DNA of 64,000 bases from a bacterium. Lineage in GTDB: Bacteria > Omnitrophota > Gorgyraeia > Zapsychrales > Zapsychraceae. Each line of letters starts with the position of its first letter. Within the stretch, counting starts at the first letter, position 1. Location: positions 129,302 to 193,301 of the forward strand of contig JAUIER010000001.1 of assembly GCA_030429765.1 (NCBI GenBank), in the 5' to 3' direction. A program made the position numbers and the translations under genes. The notes under the pieces are model-generated. The model had not been told where the DNA came from, searched no databases, and worked only from the letters and a program-made list of their open reading frames with translations. Below, in pieces: positions 27,347 through 36,181 of this stretch.

Positions 27347-28150
27347 ATGGCCATGTATAAGTTTTTATCTCAATTTCCGATTTTATGTCTGGTCTTGACC
27401 TGGACGACCGCGGCGCAGGCACATGATTTTTGGGTTCAACCCGAGTCTTATCATCCGGCCCAGACGTCACGTCTCAAGGTTACAGCGTATGTGGGAGAAT
27501 CTTTTCGGGGAGAAGCCCTGGCCCGGGATCCATCCCATATTGATGCATTCCGTCTGCATTGTGCTGATCATACGTCCGATATCGTCGGCTTGGACGGACA
27601 GGTTCCCACCGGATACGTCGCATTATCGCAGCCAGGGCTGTGCGCTCTTCAATATGTAAGCCGTCCGGTCTATCATGAGATGTCCTACTCACAGTTCGTG
27701 CGCTATCTCGACGAAGTTAATCAATTGGATCTGCTCGATACAGACAGTTTTGTCGTCGAGGATCAAACCGTCAGTGAAATTTTTATTCGTTGCGCCAAGT
27801 CTATCATCCATGTGGGTGAGGTAAGCGGCCCACAGGACCGGCCTGTTGAGGTCGGGATGCCTCTGGAATTGACGTGGGTGGCTCCGCCGGAAACGACGCA
27901 ATCCATGTCCGGTTATCGGGTTCAATTAAAGTATCAAAACACGCCCCTGGCGGGGATAATGGTCAAAGCGAGGGGGCGGTCGAACCCTGAGGAAGTCTTG
28001 CAGAGTCAAACGGACAAGGATGGTTTGGCTGTGTTTGAATTGGGCTCTTCGGATGAATGGATTTTTACAGCGGTGTACATCACACCGTCGAGCGATTATC
28101 AAATCAGCGATTGGATTAGCTATTGGGCGTCGCTCACGCTAAAAAATTGA
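27347..28150 (+). CDS. periplasmic DUF4198-like protein
   Basis: signal peptide ending AAQA followed by HDFWVQP, which I recall as the typical DUF4198 N-terminus; first ORF-track codon is TTG, ATG at 27347 used. Confidence 0.45.
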   Translation: MAMYKFLSQFPILCLVLTWTTAAQAHDFWVQPESYHPAQTSRLKVTAYVGESFRGEALARDPSHIDAFRLHCADHTSDIVGLDGQVPTGYVALSQPGLCALQYVSRPVYHEMSYSQFVRYLDEVNQLDLLDTDSFVVEDQTVSEIFIRCAKSIIHVGEVSGPQDRPVEVGMPLELTWVAPPETTQSMSGYRVQLKYQNTPLAGIMVKARGRSNPEEVLQSQTDKDGLAVFELGSSDEWIFTAVYITPSSDYQISDWISYWASLTLKN

Positions 28151-28329
28151 CCGGTGCATATAGAAGTAGGCTTACGTGTAAATGACAATTTGTTCGGCGA
28201 ACGGTTCAAAATATTTCTTGTTTTTCGCCGGCAATGTTGTACACTTTACCTAGATGTTTCGGGAGTAAAGGTAAACCATTCGTAAGGGTGGGGCCCCTGA
28301 TATTCAGGGATTTGCGGTTTTCTCACACA

Positions 28330-28347
28330 GTTCACATCCATGTGAAC
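28330..28347. promoter_or_regulatory. perfect 18-bp palindrome GTTCACAT-CC-ATGTGAAC in the 500-nt leader of the 28652 gene
   Basis: exact inverted repeat seen directly; operator-like. Confidence 0.4.
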
Positions 28348-28651
28348 GCTGAACCGTAGATACAAAACTAAAGGGTCCAGCAGCGAGCTGGATAGCCAGT
28401 TGCCTCTTGAGCAGCATCAGCAGATGCCTGTTCCACTTATTGATGGGGCAGGTTTTTTTGTGCCTGCCGATTCAATTCAATATCTTTTCTGGAGTGATTC
28501 AACTCAAAATTCAAGGGGAAAACAGCACGTGACGTGTTGTTGCAGGGTGTTCAGGGAGTTTTTTCAATTTTGCGATCAAGGGGAACCCGTCGTTGTGCAG
28601 GACTGTCGGGGAGTGAAAATTTAGCGTACTACGACCAAATAGGAGAGTCAG

Positions 28652-31600
28652 ATGAAAAAGCTTATTCTTGGATTATGCCTCATGTTCTGTGCAATCCCTA
28701 TCAATGTCAGCGCCGCTGAAGTTCGGGTGAACTTTGGTCCGGCCAATTCAACAAGTCCCCAGGATTATATCCTCGATGACGGAACCGCCTACACGGTCGA
28801 ACGCGGATATGGATGGGATGGAGAGGTGTTTGTCGAAGAATGGGTCGTCAATGCGGATCCCCGTCTCAACACGATGGCGTGGGAATGGTCATGGGAAAGT
28901 TCGACGTGGATGTATGATCTTCCCAATGGAAACTACAAGGTTTCGCTTGAAGCGGGTAATTCAAATTTTACACACGGTCCCCACACCATCGAAGTCGAGG
29001 GGGTAAAAGTCATCGATGGGCAGGGCGGTCCGCCGAATCAGTTTTTCAAAGTGACGGAACATCCGGTCACAATTACCGACGGACAGCTCAACATAAAGAT
29101 TGGACCGTCAGGAGGGCACTCGGCGATCAACTACGTGATCATCGAAGATGCGGTGGGTGGAGATCCGGTAAATCAGGCGCCTTCGGTTGAAGCGGGCGCG
29201 GATCAAACTATCACCTTACCGGGGATGGTCGTCTTGACGGCAGAGGTTAGTGATGATGGATTGCCTTCGAATCAACTGATATCTGAATGGAAGCAGATCA
29301 GCGGTCCGGCGGGAGCTACCATCAATAACGCCCAGCAAACTCGGACCAGCGTCGATTTTGTCCAGGCGGGAACATATGTTTTTGAGATTGTGGTCAGTGA
29401 TGGTGAATTGAGCGCAGCGGACAGAGTATCGGTTGTGGTGAATGAGCTGGGGTCGTTTTCGGATGTATACATAAATTTTCAACCGGCCAATGATGACGTT
29501 CCATCCGGCTATGTCAAAGATGATGGTTCCGCCTATTCAGTATCGAGAGGATATGGATGGATGGGAGAGGTGCATGTGGAAACCTGGCCGAACAATGCTG
29601 ATTCGCGTTTGAATTCTATGGCATGGGAATGGTCCTGGGAGTCGTCTACCTGGAATTATGATCTTCCCAATGGTAATTATTTAATCGCCTTACAGTCGGG
29701 AAATTCAAACTTTACCCATGGTCCACACAAAATTGCTGTGGAGGGTGAGCTGGTGATTAATGGGCAAGGTGGCGCGCCGAATACGTTCGTTCTGGTTGAA
29801 AATCATCCCGTCACCGTCGCCGATGGACAATTGAATATCAAGCTAGGTCCTTCGGGCGGTAACAGCACGATTAACTACGTCATTATCAAAGCGGCTAATG
29901 GTTCCGGACAGGTGAATCAAATGCCGGTTGTTGACGCCGGGGCGGATCAGCAGATCATGATGGATACCGCTGCACAGCTGGATGGGGCGGTGAGTGATGA
30001 CGGATTACCGTTGGTTCCGGGTAATGTCGAAATTTCATGGAATCAAATGAGCGGTCCGGGAACGGCCATGTTCGAGGACGTGCGCGTGGAAGATCCCCGT
30101 GTGACTTTTACCAAGGCCGGTGAATATCATTTACAGCTGGTGGCCAGTGATGGTGAACTATCGGCCAGCGATGAGGTTATGGTGAAGGTGACAGATGGTG
30201 TGCCGGATCCTGTCGATGATATACGTGTCAATTTTCAACCGGCTACAAGTCACGTTCCCGTGGGTTATCTGGTCGATGATGGAAGTGCATATGATAACGC
30301 CCGTGGTTATGGCTGGCTGGGAGATGTCCGGGCCGAAGAGTGGCCCAATAACACAGATCAGCGTCTGAATACCATGGTGTGGGAGTGGTCATGGGAAACG
30401 TCAACGTGGGTCATGGATCTGCCCAACGGGGAGTACATGATTAGTCTCGAGGCGGGTAATACGAACTTTTCACACGGTCCGCACGTGATCGAAGTTGAAG
30501 GTCAGAAGGTGGTGGACGGATTTGCCTCATCGGCCAACAATTTTGCAAAGGTGGTTAATCATCCGGTAACGGTCACCGATGGAAAGTTGCATGTCAAGTT
30601 GGGGCCGTCCGGTGGAAATAGTACGATCAACTACATTATCATCAGCCAATCAGGTATCACGCCGACAAATGAGCCGCCAGTCGTATCGGCCGGTACAGAT
30701 CAGAATATTGTGTTGCCCGATTCGGCGACATTAACAGCGCAGGTGTCGGATGATGGATTGCCGTCCCCGAGTCAATTGAGTACGATGTGGTCATTCCAAA
30801 GTGGACCTGCCCCGGTGACCATTGAAAGCGAGCAAAGTCTTCAAACGCAGGTGAATTTCACAGCAGGCGGGACATACATATTCAGGATGACGGCTAGCGA
30901 CGGCGTCTTGTCGATGACCGACGATGTCACCGTGATGGTTGGTGATGATCCGGTGAACAATTCAGTGGGATTAGTTGCACATTGGCCGATGGATGAATCC
31001 GGCGGGAATATAATCGTTGACCGAATGGGAAGCGGATCCGACGGGATGTTGATCAATATGGAAGACGGTGATTTCATGCCCGGACAATTACGTAATGGTC
31101 TTGAGTTTGACGGCGTCGATGAATATGCCAATATCGGTGCCACGCCCGGGATTGTCATCAGCAATGAAATCACAGTATCGGCCTGGGTTCGAAGTTACTC
31201 GGATGGCTATGGCGTGATTATCAGTCGTCACATGTCGGGTGATCACGGATGGATGCTGTCGCGAACACCGAACAATGACAGCTTTGAGTGGAGAATATCA
31301 ACGGATGGTAATAATTGGTTCGGCGGAACCACTTCAGACAATAGTTTCGAAACCAATCAATGGTATCACGTGTCAGCCTCTTACGATGGCGATGTGATGC
31401 GGGTTTTTATCGACGGTGTTGAAGACACCGGTGGGATGTTTCCATTCAATGTTTCCGGTGTGATGCACAAATCAGACGCGCCCCTGCAGATTGCGCGTGA
31501 TGAATTCAATGGAGATAACTTCAGCTTCCACGGGATGCTGGATGATATTCGGATGTACGATATCGCCTTGTCGGCAACGGAAGCGCAGAATCTCTATAAT

Positions 31601-33397
31601 AGTGTTCGTCCCGTCGTCGATGATGGCAGCGATCAGGAAGTGACGTTTGATCTCAACGGTATCCCCAACATATGGGATCAGAATCTCTTGCATGATGATG
31701 CGTTCGCGGCGGTGCGGATGGAACCATCGCAGGTCGGCAACACCTGTTTTGTCGACGGGACGTTGGGTATTAATCCCGACGACCGTCTGGCCAGTGGAAA
31801 TATTCGGCAAATCGAGGAGATGAAGTACACACTCAATGAAGTGCCGCGTCTGGCCAATGGCGAATATGATATTGCGCAGATTAAGTTCTACAAGACCTTA
31901 AAAGCGGCTACAAACCGCTACAGCGGTTGTAACGCGATGGGGGACCGCGTGCTGGTCCGCAAGGGTGTTTATCATGAGCATTTGTTTCTCGTTGAGTTTC
32001 AAAACTACGGCGGGGGTGATGTGGCGGATGGATACGGCATCGGTCCTATGGATGAACCGTTTGTGATTGACGCCAGTGATACCACTAAGATGGAAGGTCC
32101 ATGGGAGGCGTATGATCAGGAGATATATCGTGCCAAATGGGGGCTGAATGTCTTTCCTAGTTGGGTCGTAATGGATGGCAATTTCCGATCATCGCGTCCG
32201 GAGTATACGCTCAATGCCATTGTTGGTAAAGACGGTAGGTTCTTTTATGATACATCGACGGACTATCTGTACGTGAATACCAGCGGTGTGCATCCGGATG
32301 ACAGGAGTCTAATCGTATCCCGTCATGATGACTCCAATGGATTAATGGCGATCATTAGTCCGGTCGAAAATATCGAGTTGACGGGATTTATCCTGCGGGG
32401 GGCTCCAAGTACCGGGTTGTGGCAAACCGGAGATGGAGCGCATGTGCATCATGTCAAGTTTGAATTCTGTGGACGATCATGCGCCAATTTGACGGATGCC
32501 CAAAATTCCTTGATTGAAAAAAACATCATTACCGCGCCAGTAATGCAGTGGTGGCCGCGCGGTCGAACCAGTGTGCGCGGATTATGGCCATCGGGAACAC
32601 AGGTTGGTAATGGCAGCACGTTCCGATATAATCTCGTTTCCAATAGTGGAGGTGAGGGTGTTGGAACGAATGGGCATGATATTTTGGTATTCCAGAACGT
32701 CATTCGTGATTCTTGGTCGGTAAACCTGTATCCGTCAGGTAGTCGAAATGTTACAATCGAAGAGAATCTAATCTACAACACCAAAGTTGACTATGCCGAT
32801 GGGACGGATGCTGATCGTGTGCCGGAGGGGGCTGATGAGCCTTACATGCGTCGACGGATGCGTCCTATTGGTATTCTTATGGGATCAGAGGAAGATACCG
32901 ATCCACTCTCCATTAACTACGTCCTGCGAAAAAACGTGTTAGTCAATAACAGGTACGCCATAAGTTTATACGCCCTGGCCCAAGGCAGCGGCTGGAAGCA
33001 GATTACGATGGAGAACAATGTGATCATCCTGCCGGCGTATGATCCGGCTGAAATATTCGACACGTTCTATGGCCTGCACGCGCATGGCACGGTCTACGAC
33101 TTCGAAAATTACTTTACTGACAATATTGTGATCAATCCTGCGGAGACCGGACGGATTATCGGTCGAATTTGGGATTCGGTCATCACTAATGAAGCCTTCA
33201 CGATCTCGGGCAATATGTGGTACACGTCGGCCGGGACGCGGCAGTTCGAATACCGTCAAACCCTGTATGATTATCAGCAATGGTTATCCGTTACGCCATA
33301 CGGAGCGGGAAGTTCTCACGGAACCATTCCGGCGGAAACTCCGTGGGAGATCAACGGGCAGAAGATTCCGGTGCCTGATTATATCCCGGTAAAATAA
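28652..33397 (+). CDS. giant secreted multidomain carbohydrate-active protein: 3x candidate carbohydrate-binding module (malectin-like), Ig-like (PKD/Big-type) spacers, LamG domain, C-terminal right-handed beta-helix
   Basis: signal peptide; three ~145-aa repeats (VNFQPA..P.GY..DDG.AY...RGYGW.GEV..E.W.NAD.RLN.M.WEWSWE.STW.YDLPNG.Y...LE.GN.NF.HGPH.I.VEG...DG); SDDGLP Ig-like spacers; LamG pattern WYHVSASYDG...VFIDG; C-terminal repetitive N/G/V-rich beta-helix region. Confidence 0.7.
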   Translation: MKKLILGLCLMFCAIPINVSAAEVRVNFGPANSTSPQDYILDDGTAYTVERGYGWDGEVFVEEWVVNADPRLNTMAWEWSWESSTWMYDLPNGNYKVSLEAGNSNFTHGPHTIEVEGVKVIDGQGGPPNQFFKVTEHPVTITDGQLNIKIGPSGGHSAINYVIIEDAVGGDPVNQAPSVEAGADQTITLPGMVVLTAEVSDDGLPSNQLISEWKQISGPAGATINNAQQTRTSVDFVQAGTYVFEIVVSDGELSAADRVSVVVNELGSFSDVYINFQPANDDVPSGYVKDDGSAYSVSRGYGWMGEVHVETWPNNADSRLNSMAWEWSWESSTWNYDLPNGNYLIALQSGNSNFTHGPHKIAVEGELVINGQGGAPNTFVLVENHPVTVADGQLNIKLGPSGGNSTINYVIIKAANGSGQVNQMPVVDAGADQQIMMDTAAQLDGAVSDDGLPLVPGNVEISWNQMSGPGTAMFEDVRVEDPRVTFTKAGEYHLQLVASDGELSASDEVMVKVTDGVPDPVDDIRVNFQPATSHVPVGYLVDDGSAYDNARGYGWLGDVRAEEWPNNTDQRLNTMVWEWSWETSTWVMDLPNGEYMISLEAGNTNFSHGPHVIEVEGQKVVDGFASSANNFAKVVNHPVTVTDGKLHVKLGPSGGNSTINYIIISQSGITPTNEPPVVSAGTDQNIVLPDSATLTAQVSDDGLPSPSQLSTMWSFQSGPAPVTIESEQSLQTQVNFTAGGTYIFRMTASDGVLSMTDDVTVMVGDDPVNNSVGLVAHWPMDESGGNIIVDRMGSGSDGMLINMEDGDFMPGQLRNGLEFDGVDEYANIGATPGIVISNEITVSAWVRSYSDGYGVIISRHMSGDHGWMLSRTPNNDSFEWRISTDGNNWFGGTTSDNSFETNQWYHVSASYDGDVMRVFIDGVEDTGGMFPFNVSGVMHKSDAPLQIARDEFNGDNFSFHGMLDDIRMYDIALSATEAQNLYNSVRPVVDDGSDQEVTFDLNGIPNIWDQNLLHDDAFAAVRMEPSQVGNTCFVDGTLGINPDDRLASGNIRQIEEMKYTLNEVPRLANGEYDIAQIKFYKTLKAATNRYSGCNAMGDRVLVRKGVYHEHLFLVEFQNYGGGDVADGYGIGPMDEPFVIDASDTTKMEGPWEAYDQEIYRAKWGLNVFPSWVVMDGNFRSSRPEYTLNAIVGKDGRFFYDTSTDYLYVNTSGVHPDDRSLIVSRHDDSNGLMAIISPVENIELTGFILRGAPSTGLWQTGDGAHVHHVKFEFCGRSCANLTDAQNSLIEKNIITAPVMQWWPRGRTSVRGLWPSGTQVGNGSTFRYNLVSNSGGEGVGTNGHDILVFQNVIRDSWSVNLYPSGSRNVTIEENLIYNTKVDYADGTDADRVPEGADEPYMRRRMRPIGILMGSEEDTDPLSINYVLRKNVLVNNRYAISLYALAQGSGWKQITMENNVIILPAYDPAEIFDTFYGLHAHGTVYDFENYFTDNIVINPAETGRIIGRIWDSVITNEAFTISGNMWYTSAGTRQFEYRQTLYDYQQWLSVTPYGAGSSHGTIPAETPWEINGQKIPVPDYIPVK
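28718..30650 (+). repeat. three tandem diverged copies (about 60% aa identity) of the ~430-nt malectin-like domain module (approx. 28718-29153, 29467-29890, 30222-30650)
   Basis: protein-level repeat read directly from the translation. Confidence 0.7.
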
Positions 33398-33466
33398 GCC
33401 GGACAGTCAACGGCGGCTATGTTAAAATATTGGATCATATTGATTTTATGACCCACGGAAGCCCTA

Positions 33467-34420
33467 ATGTTGACTGCGCACAAACGGCCCCGCCGTTCGA
33501 TATATTTTATTTGTTTCATGTTGACCCTGAGCCTGGGCTGCAGCACGGTCCAAAGTCGAGAGGACCTTCTGCAACAGGCTCAGGCCATTCGACAATCCAG
33601 AATGCCGGCCGAAGCGCCGGTGCTCATCGATTCATCTACCCCCATCAAAACTCCGTTGTCCTCCGAAACAATTATCACGACATCTGTTGAAGTTCAGGGT
33701 TCACCAAAACCCGTACTAAATCTGCCGTTCGCCGGTGAAAGGCTGGTCTATCAAGTCAAGTTTCTGGGGATGATGATCGGTCAAATGGAAAATTCATTCA
33801 TCGGGCATCAACGGTATCGCGGAAAGGATGTGTTGGTCTTTGAGTCCACCGCGCGAACGGCCTCTTTTTTTGCCAAGGTGTTTCCGATTGAGAATCGGCT
33901 GGTTTCCTACATGGAATTAGATCCGCCGCGGGTGGTGTATTTTGAAGAGTCCCGCAAAGAAGGAAAATATCGCAAAGAAGCGGTGGTCGAATTTGATTAC
34001 GATAAGGGCGAGGCCTATTTTTATAATGACGTGGATAAAAGCCGAAAGACCATTGTGATTCCGCACCAAGTTCATGATATTCTGACAGCCAATTATTATG
34101 CGCGGATGATACCCTGGCGTGTGGGGGATACGCACGAGTTTAAGATCTACAATTCAGAAAAGATCTATGATTATATCGGACTCATTGAAAAGCAAAAGAC
34201 GATCAATGCCCGAAAATATGGACAAAGATCGAGTTTTGTACTGCAGCCGTATGCATTTGTCGACGGAGAAAAGGTCAAGAAAGGCAAGATCACGGCCTAT
34301 TTTGACTCCGGTATGACAAGGATTCCGCTTCAAGGTTTAGTGAAGACGCCGATATTTGGGAAGGCGGCGTTTTTCTTGGATGAGGTCAATAATGAAAAGT
34401 TTGACGGTCAACTCAACTAG
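33467..34420 (+). CDS. hypothetical lipoprotein (317 aa)
   Basis: signal + lipobox-like LSLGCST; beta-rich; no firm family. Confidence 0.45.
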   Translation: MLTAHKRPRRSIYFICFMLTLSLGCSTVQSREDLLQQAQAIRQSRMPAEAPVLIDSSTPIKTPLSSETIITTSVEVQGSPKPVLNLPFAGERLVYQVKFLGMMIGQMENSFIGHQRYRGKDVLVFESTARTASFFAKVFPIENRLVSYMELDPPRVVYFEESRKEGKYRKEAVVEFDYDKGEAYFYNDVDKSRKTIVIPHQVHDILTANYYARMIPWRVGDTHEFKIYNSEKIYDYIGLIEKQKTINARKYGQRSSFVLQPYAFVDGEKVKKGKITAYFDSGMTRIPLQGLVKTPIFGKAAFFLDEVNNEKFDGQLN

Positions 34421-34920
34421 TCGGAAGCGGAAGGGTCCAGATCGCGTCGTAATTCAAACATGCGCGGATGTAATCGGTCGGGATGGGCGTGGTCGAGAAA
34501 CGCATTGACCACCCGTTTAATGTGACCGGTGGTTTTCTGAATATTCCAGGGTTTGTTTTCAGCGGCCACGTCGAGCCGGCTGTAGGTTAAATGCACAACT
34601 TCCCTGGAGCGGCGGCGGTTGAATTTTCGAAAATAGCGGTCGTAGGAGGGGATGTTCTTTTTCCATAGGCCGATGTCTTTCACGAAGTGAATGGCCTTGG
34701 CGTCATCGGCTTTCATCTGAGGGATGTAAAAAAAGTCCAAAATAATTTGAGTGTGGATCACAAATGATTCGATAAGGGCGTCGATGATGATATCGGTTTC
34801 GAACTTGGGTTTGGTTTTTAGCAAATCAACCACGCCGTAGAGCATGTAGATTTCGTAGTACAGATGTTCGCCCGAAAATTGCCTGAGTTGTTCATCCGTG
34901 ATGTTTTTGTATTGTCCCAT
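34417..34920 (-). CDS. hypothetical cytoplasmic protein (167 aa)
   Basis: clean minus-strand ORF convergent with the upstream gene; no motif. Confidence 0.4.
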   Translation of the reverse strand: MGQYKNITDEQLRQFSGEHLYYEIYMLYGVVDLLKTKPKFETDIIIDALIESFVIHTQIILDFFYIPQMKADDAKAIHFVKDIGLWKKNIPSYDRYFRKFNRRRSREVVHLTYSRLDVAAENKPWNIQKTTGHIKRVVNAFLDHAHPDRLHPRMFELRRDLDPSASD

Positions 34921-34991
34921 AGAGATATTCTACGAATGAAACACAGGTTCGCCAACGATTATTTTGAGTCTATGAACGGGAGTGACAGGAA

Positions 34992-35726
34992 ATGCGAATG
35001 AAAGCATTAATAGGGACCCTGTGTCTGAGCGGTTTCATGATCGCGGCAGCTCAAGCAGAGCAGACGGTATCCGTGGAATATCTTCCAAGCACGGAAAAAC
35101 GCTACCCAGCGAAGAAAAAATTCTTTCGGCTGCTGGAAGATCATGATCTTCAGGAGCATCAGCGGCCTTACGAGATAATCGGTCGCATCAAGGCGGAAGG
35201 GACCCAGAGCGCGGAGCTGGATTGGCGGAAGCTCGAGGATGTGGCTGGGGCGGAAATCAAGTCGTGGGGGGCTGATGCGGTGATCAACCTCAAGATGACC
35301 CAGATAAATCCTGAGACCGGGGAGCCCTGGGCTGAGGAGCCGGACGCCGAGGCGGACACCCTTTTGCGTCTGGAATGCGATCTTATTGTCTATCAGGACA
35401 AGGATACATACGGTCATATGGGTTTTTGGTACAACAACCGGCTGCAGGGGATAGGCGGGATCCGTATTGAGCAGATTATCCGTGGATCTCCGGCTCATAA
35501 GGCCGGTATTCAGCAAGGGGATATCCTGATGGGTATGGCCGGGGAGAATATCGGGCGGGTTAATATTGAGGAAAAACTGGATTACCGCCGGGTTCAATAC
35601 AAATTGCGGCCCGGTGAAGAGTATCAGCTGTTGATCGATCGGAAATCCCGGCCCAAGGTCATCACGGTCATACCGCGGACGGAAGAAGAGGTGTTTGACT
35701 GGTCCAAGAATCTCGGGGGGATTTAG
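34992..35726 (+). CDS. PDZ-domain lipoprotein
   Basis: signal peptide; PDZ core GIGGIRIEQIIRGSPAHKAGIQQGDILMGMAGENIG. Confidence 0.6.
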   Translation: MRMKALIGTLCLSGFMIAAAQAEQTVSVEYLPSTEKRYPAKKKFFRLLEDHDLQEHQRPYEIIGRIKAEGTQSAELDWRKLEDVAGAEIKSWGADAVINLKMTQINPETGEPWAEEPDAEADTLLRLECDLIVYQDKDTYGHMGFWYNNRLQGIGGIRIEQIIRGSPAHKAGIQQGDILMGMAGENIGRVNIEEKLDYRRVQYKLRPGEEYQLLIDRKSRPKVITVIPRTEEEVFDWSKNLGGI

Positions 35727-35811
35727 GCGGCCAGGTTTGAGGAGATTCAGAAGAAATCGGTTGGGTTTTGGGCGAAACCTTGTTATAGTGATCAATAAAT
35801 AAAGGAGAAAA

Positions 35812-36045
35812 ATGTCAGAAAATTCATCAAATTCTTCTATACGTACGATCGTCCTCTTTGTGGTCTTTGTGCCGGTAATTGTGTACCTGTTGTATTTTGC
35901 CTACAAGAAGAAAACAGAGTCCGAAGATCGTGCCAATCAATGTGCGGCCGAATGTACCGCTCAGGGATATCAGGGGCATGAATTTCAGTGGGCCATTTTC
36001 ACAGGGCCGCAATGTTCATGCATCGGTGATATTGTTCTAGAGTAG
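35812..36045 (+). CDS. small membrane protein (77 aa) with CAAEC...C...CSC cysteine pattern
   Basis: SD-like AAGGAGAAAAA before ATG; one TM. Confidence 0.3.
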   Translation: MSENSSNSSIRTIVLFVVFVPVIVYLLYFAYKKKTESEDRANQCAAECTAQGYQGHEFQWAIFTGPQCSCIGDIVLE

Positions 36046-36181
36046 CACGTCGAACTCGCGAGGCTTACAGTCTTGCCATACGGTTGTAAGAAGTGAATCC
36101 GTATGAAGCTCGGTAATAGTTTTTGCATTCATAAGTATCGGTCTGATCAGTCAAAGACTAATTTGCGATAGATAGGGTGTA

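Noticed and set aside
26214-27470. Long minus-strand ORFs (141 aa, 187 aa, 118 aa) inside the acidic tail of the DUF4331 gene
   Set aside because: The GAA/GAT-rich sense strand gives a stop-poor antisense strand. The products are Ser/Pro/Arg low-complexity artefacts.
33430-33690. 86-aa ORF overlapping the start of the 33467 lipoprotein gene
   Set aside because: Different frame, no RBS. The 33467 frame continues for 317 aa with a lipoprotein signal.
35007-35795. 262-aa minus-strand ORF fully antisense to the PDZ lipoprotein gene
   Set aside because: Pro/Arg-rich nonsense composition; the + strand ORF has a signal peptide and a clear PDZ motif, so the antisense frame is a by-product.
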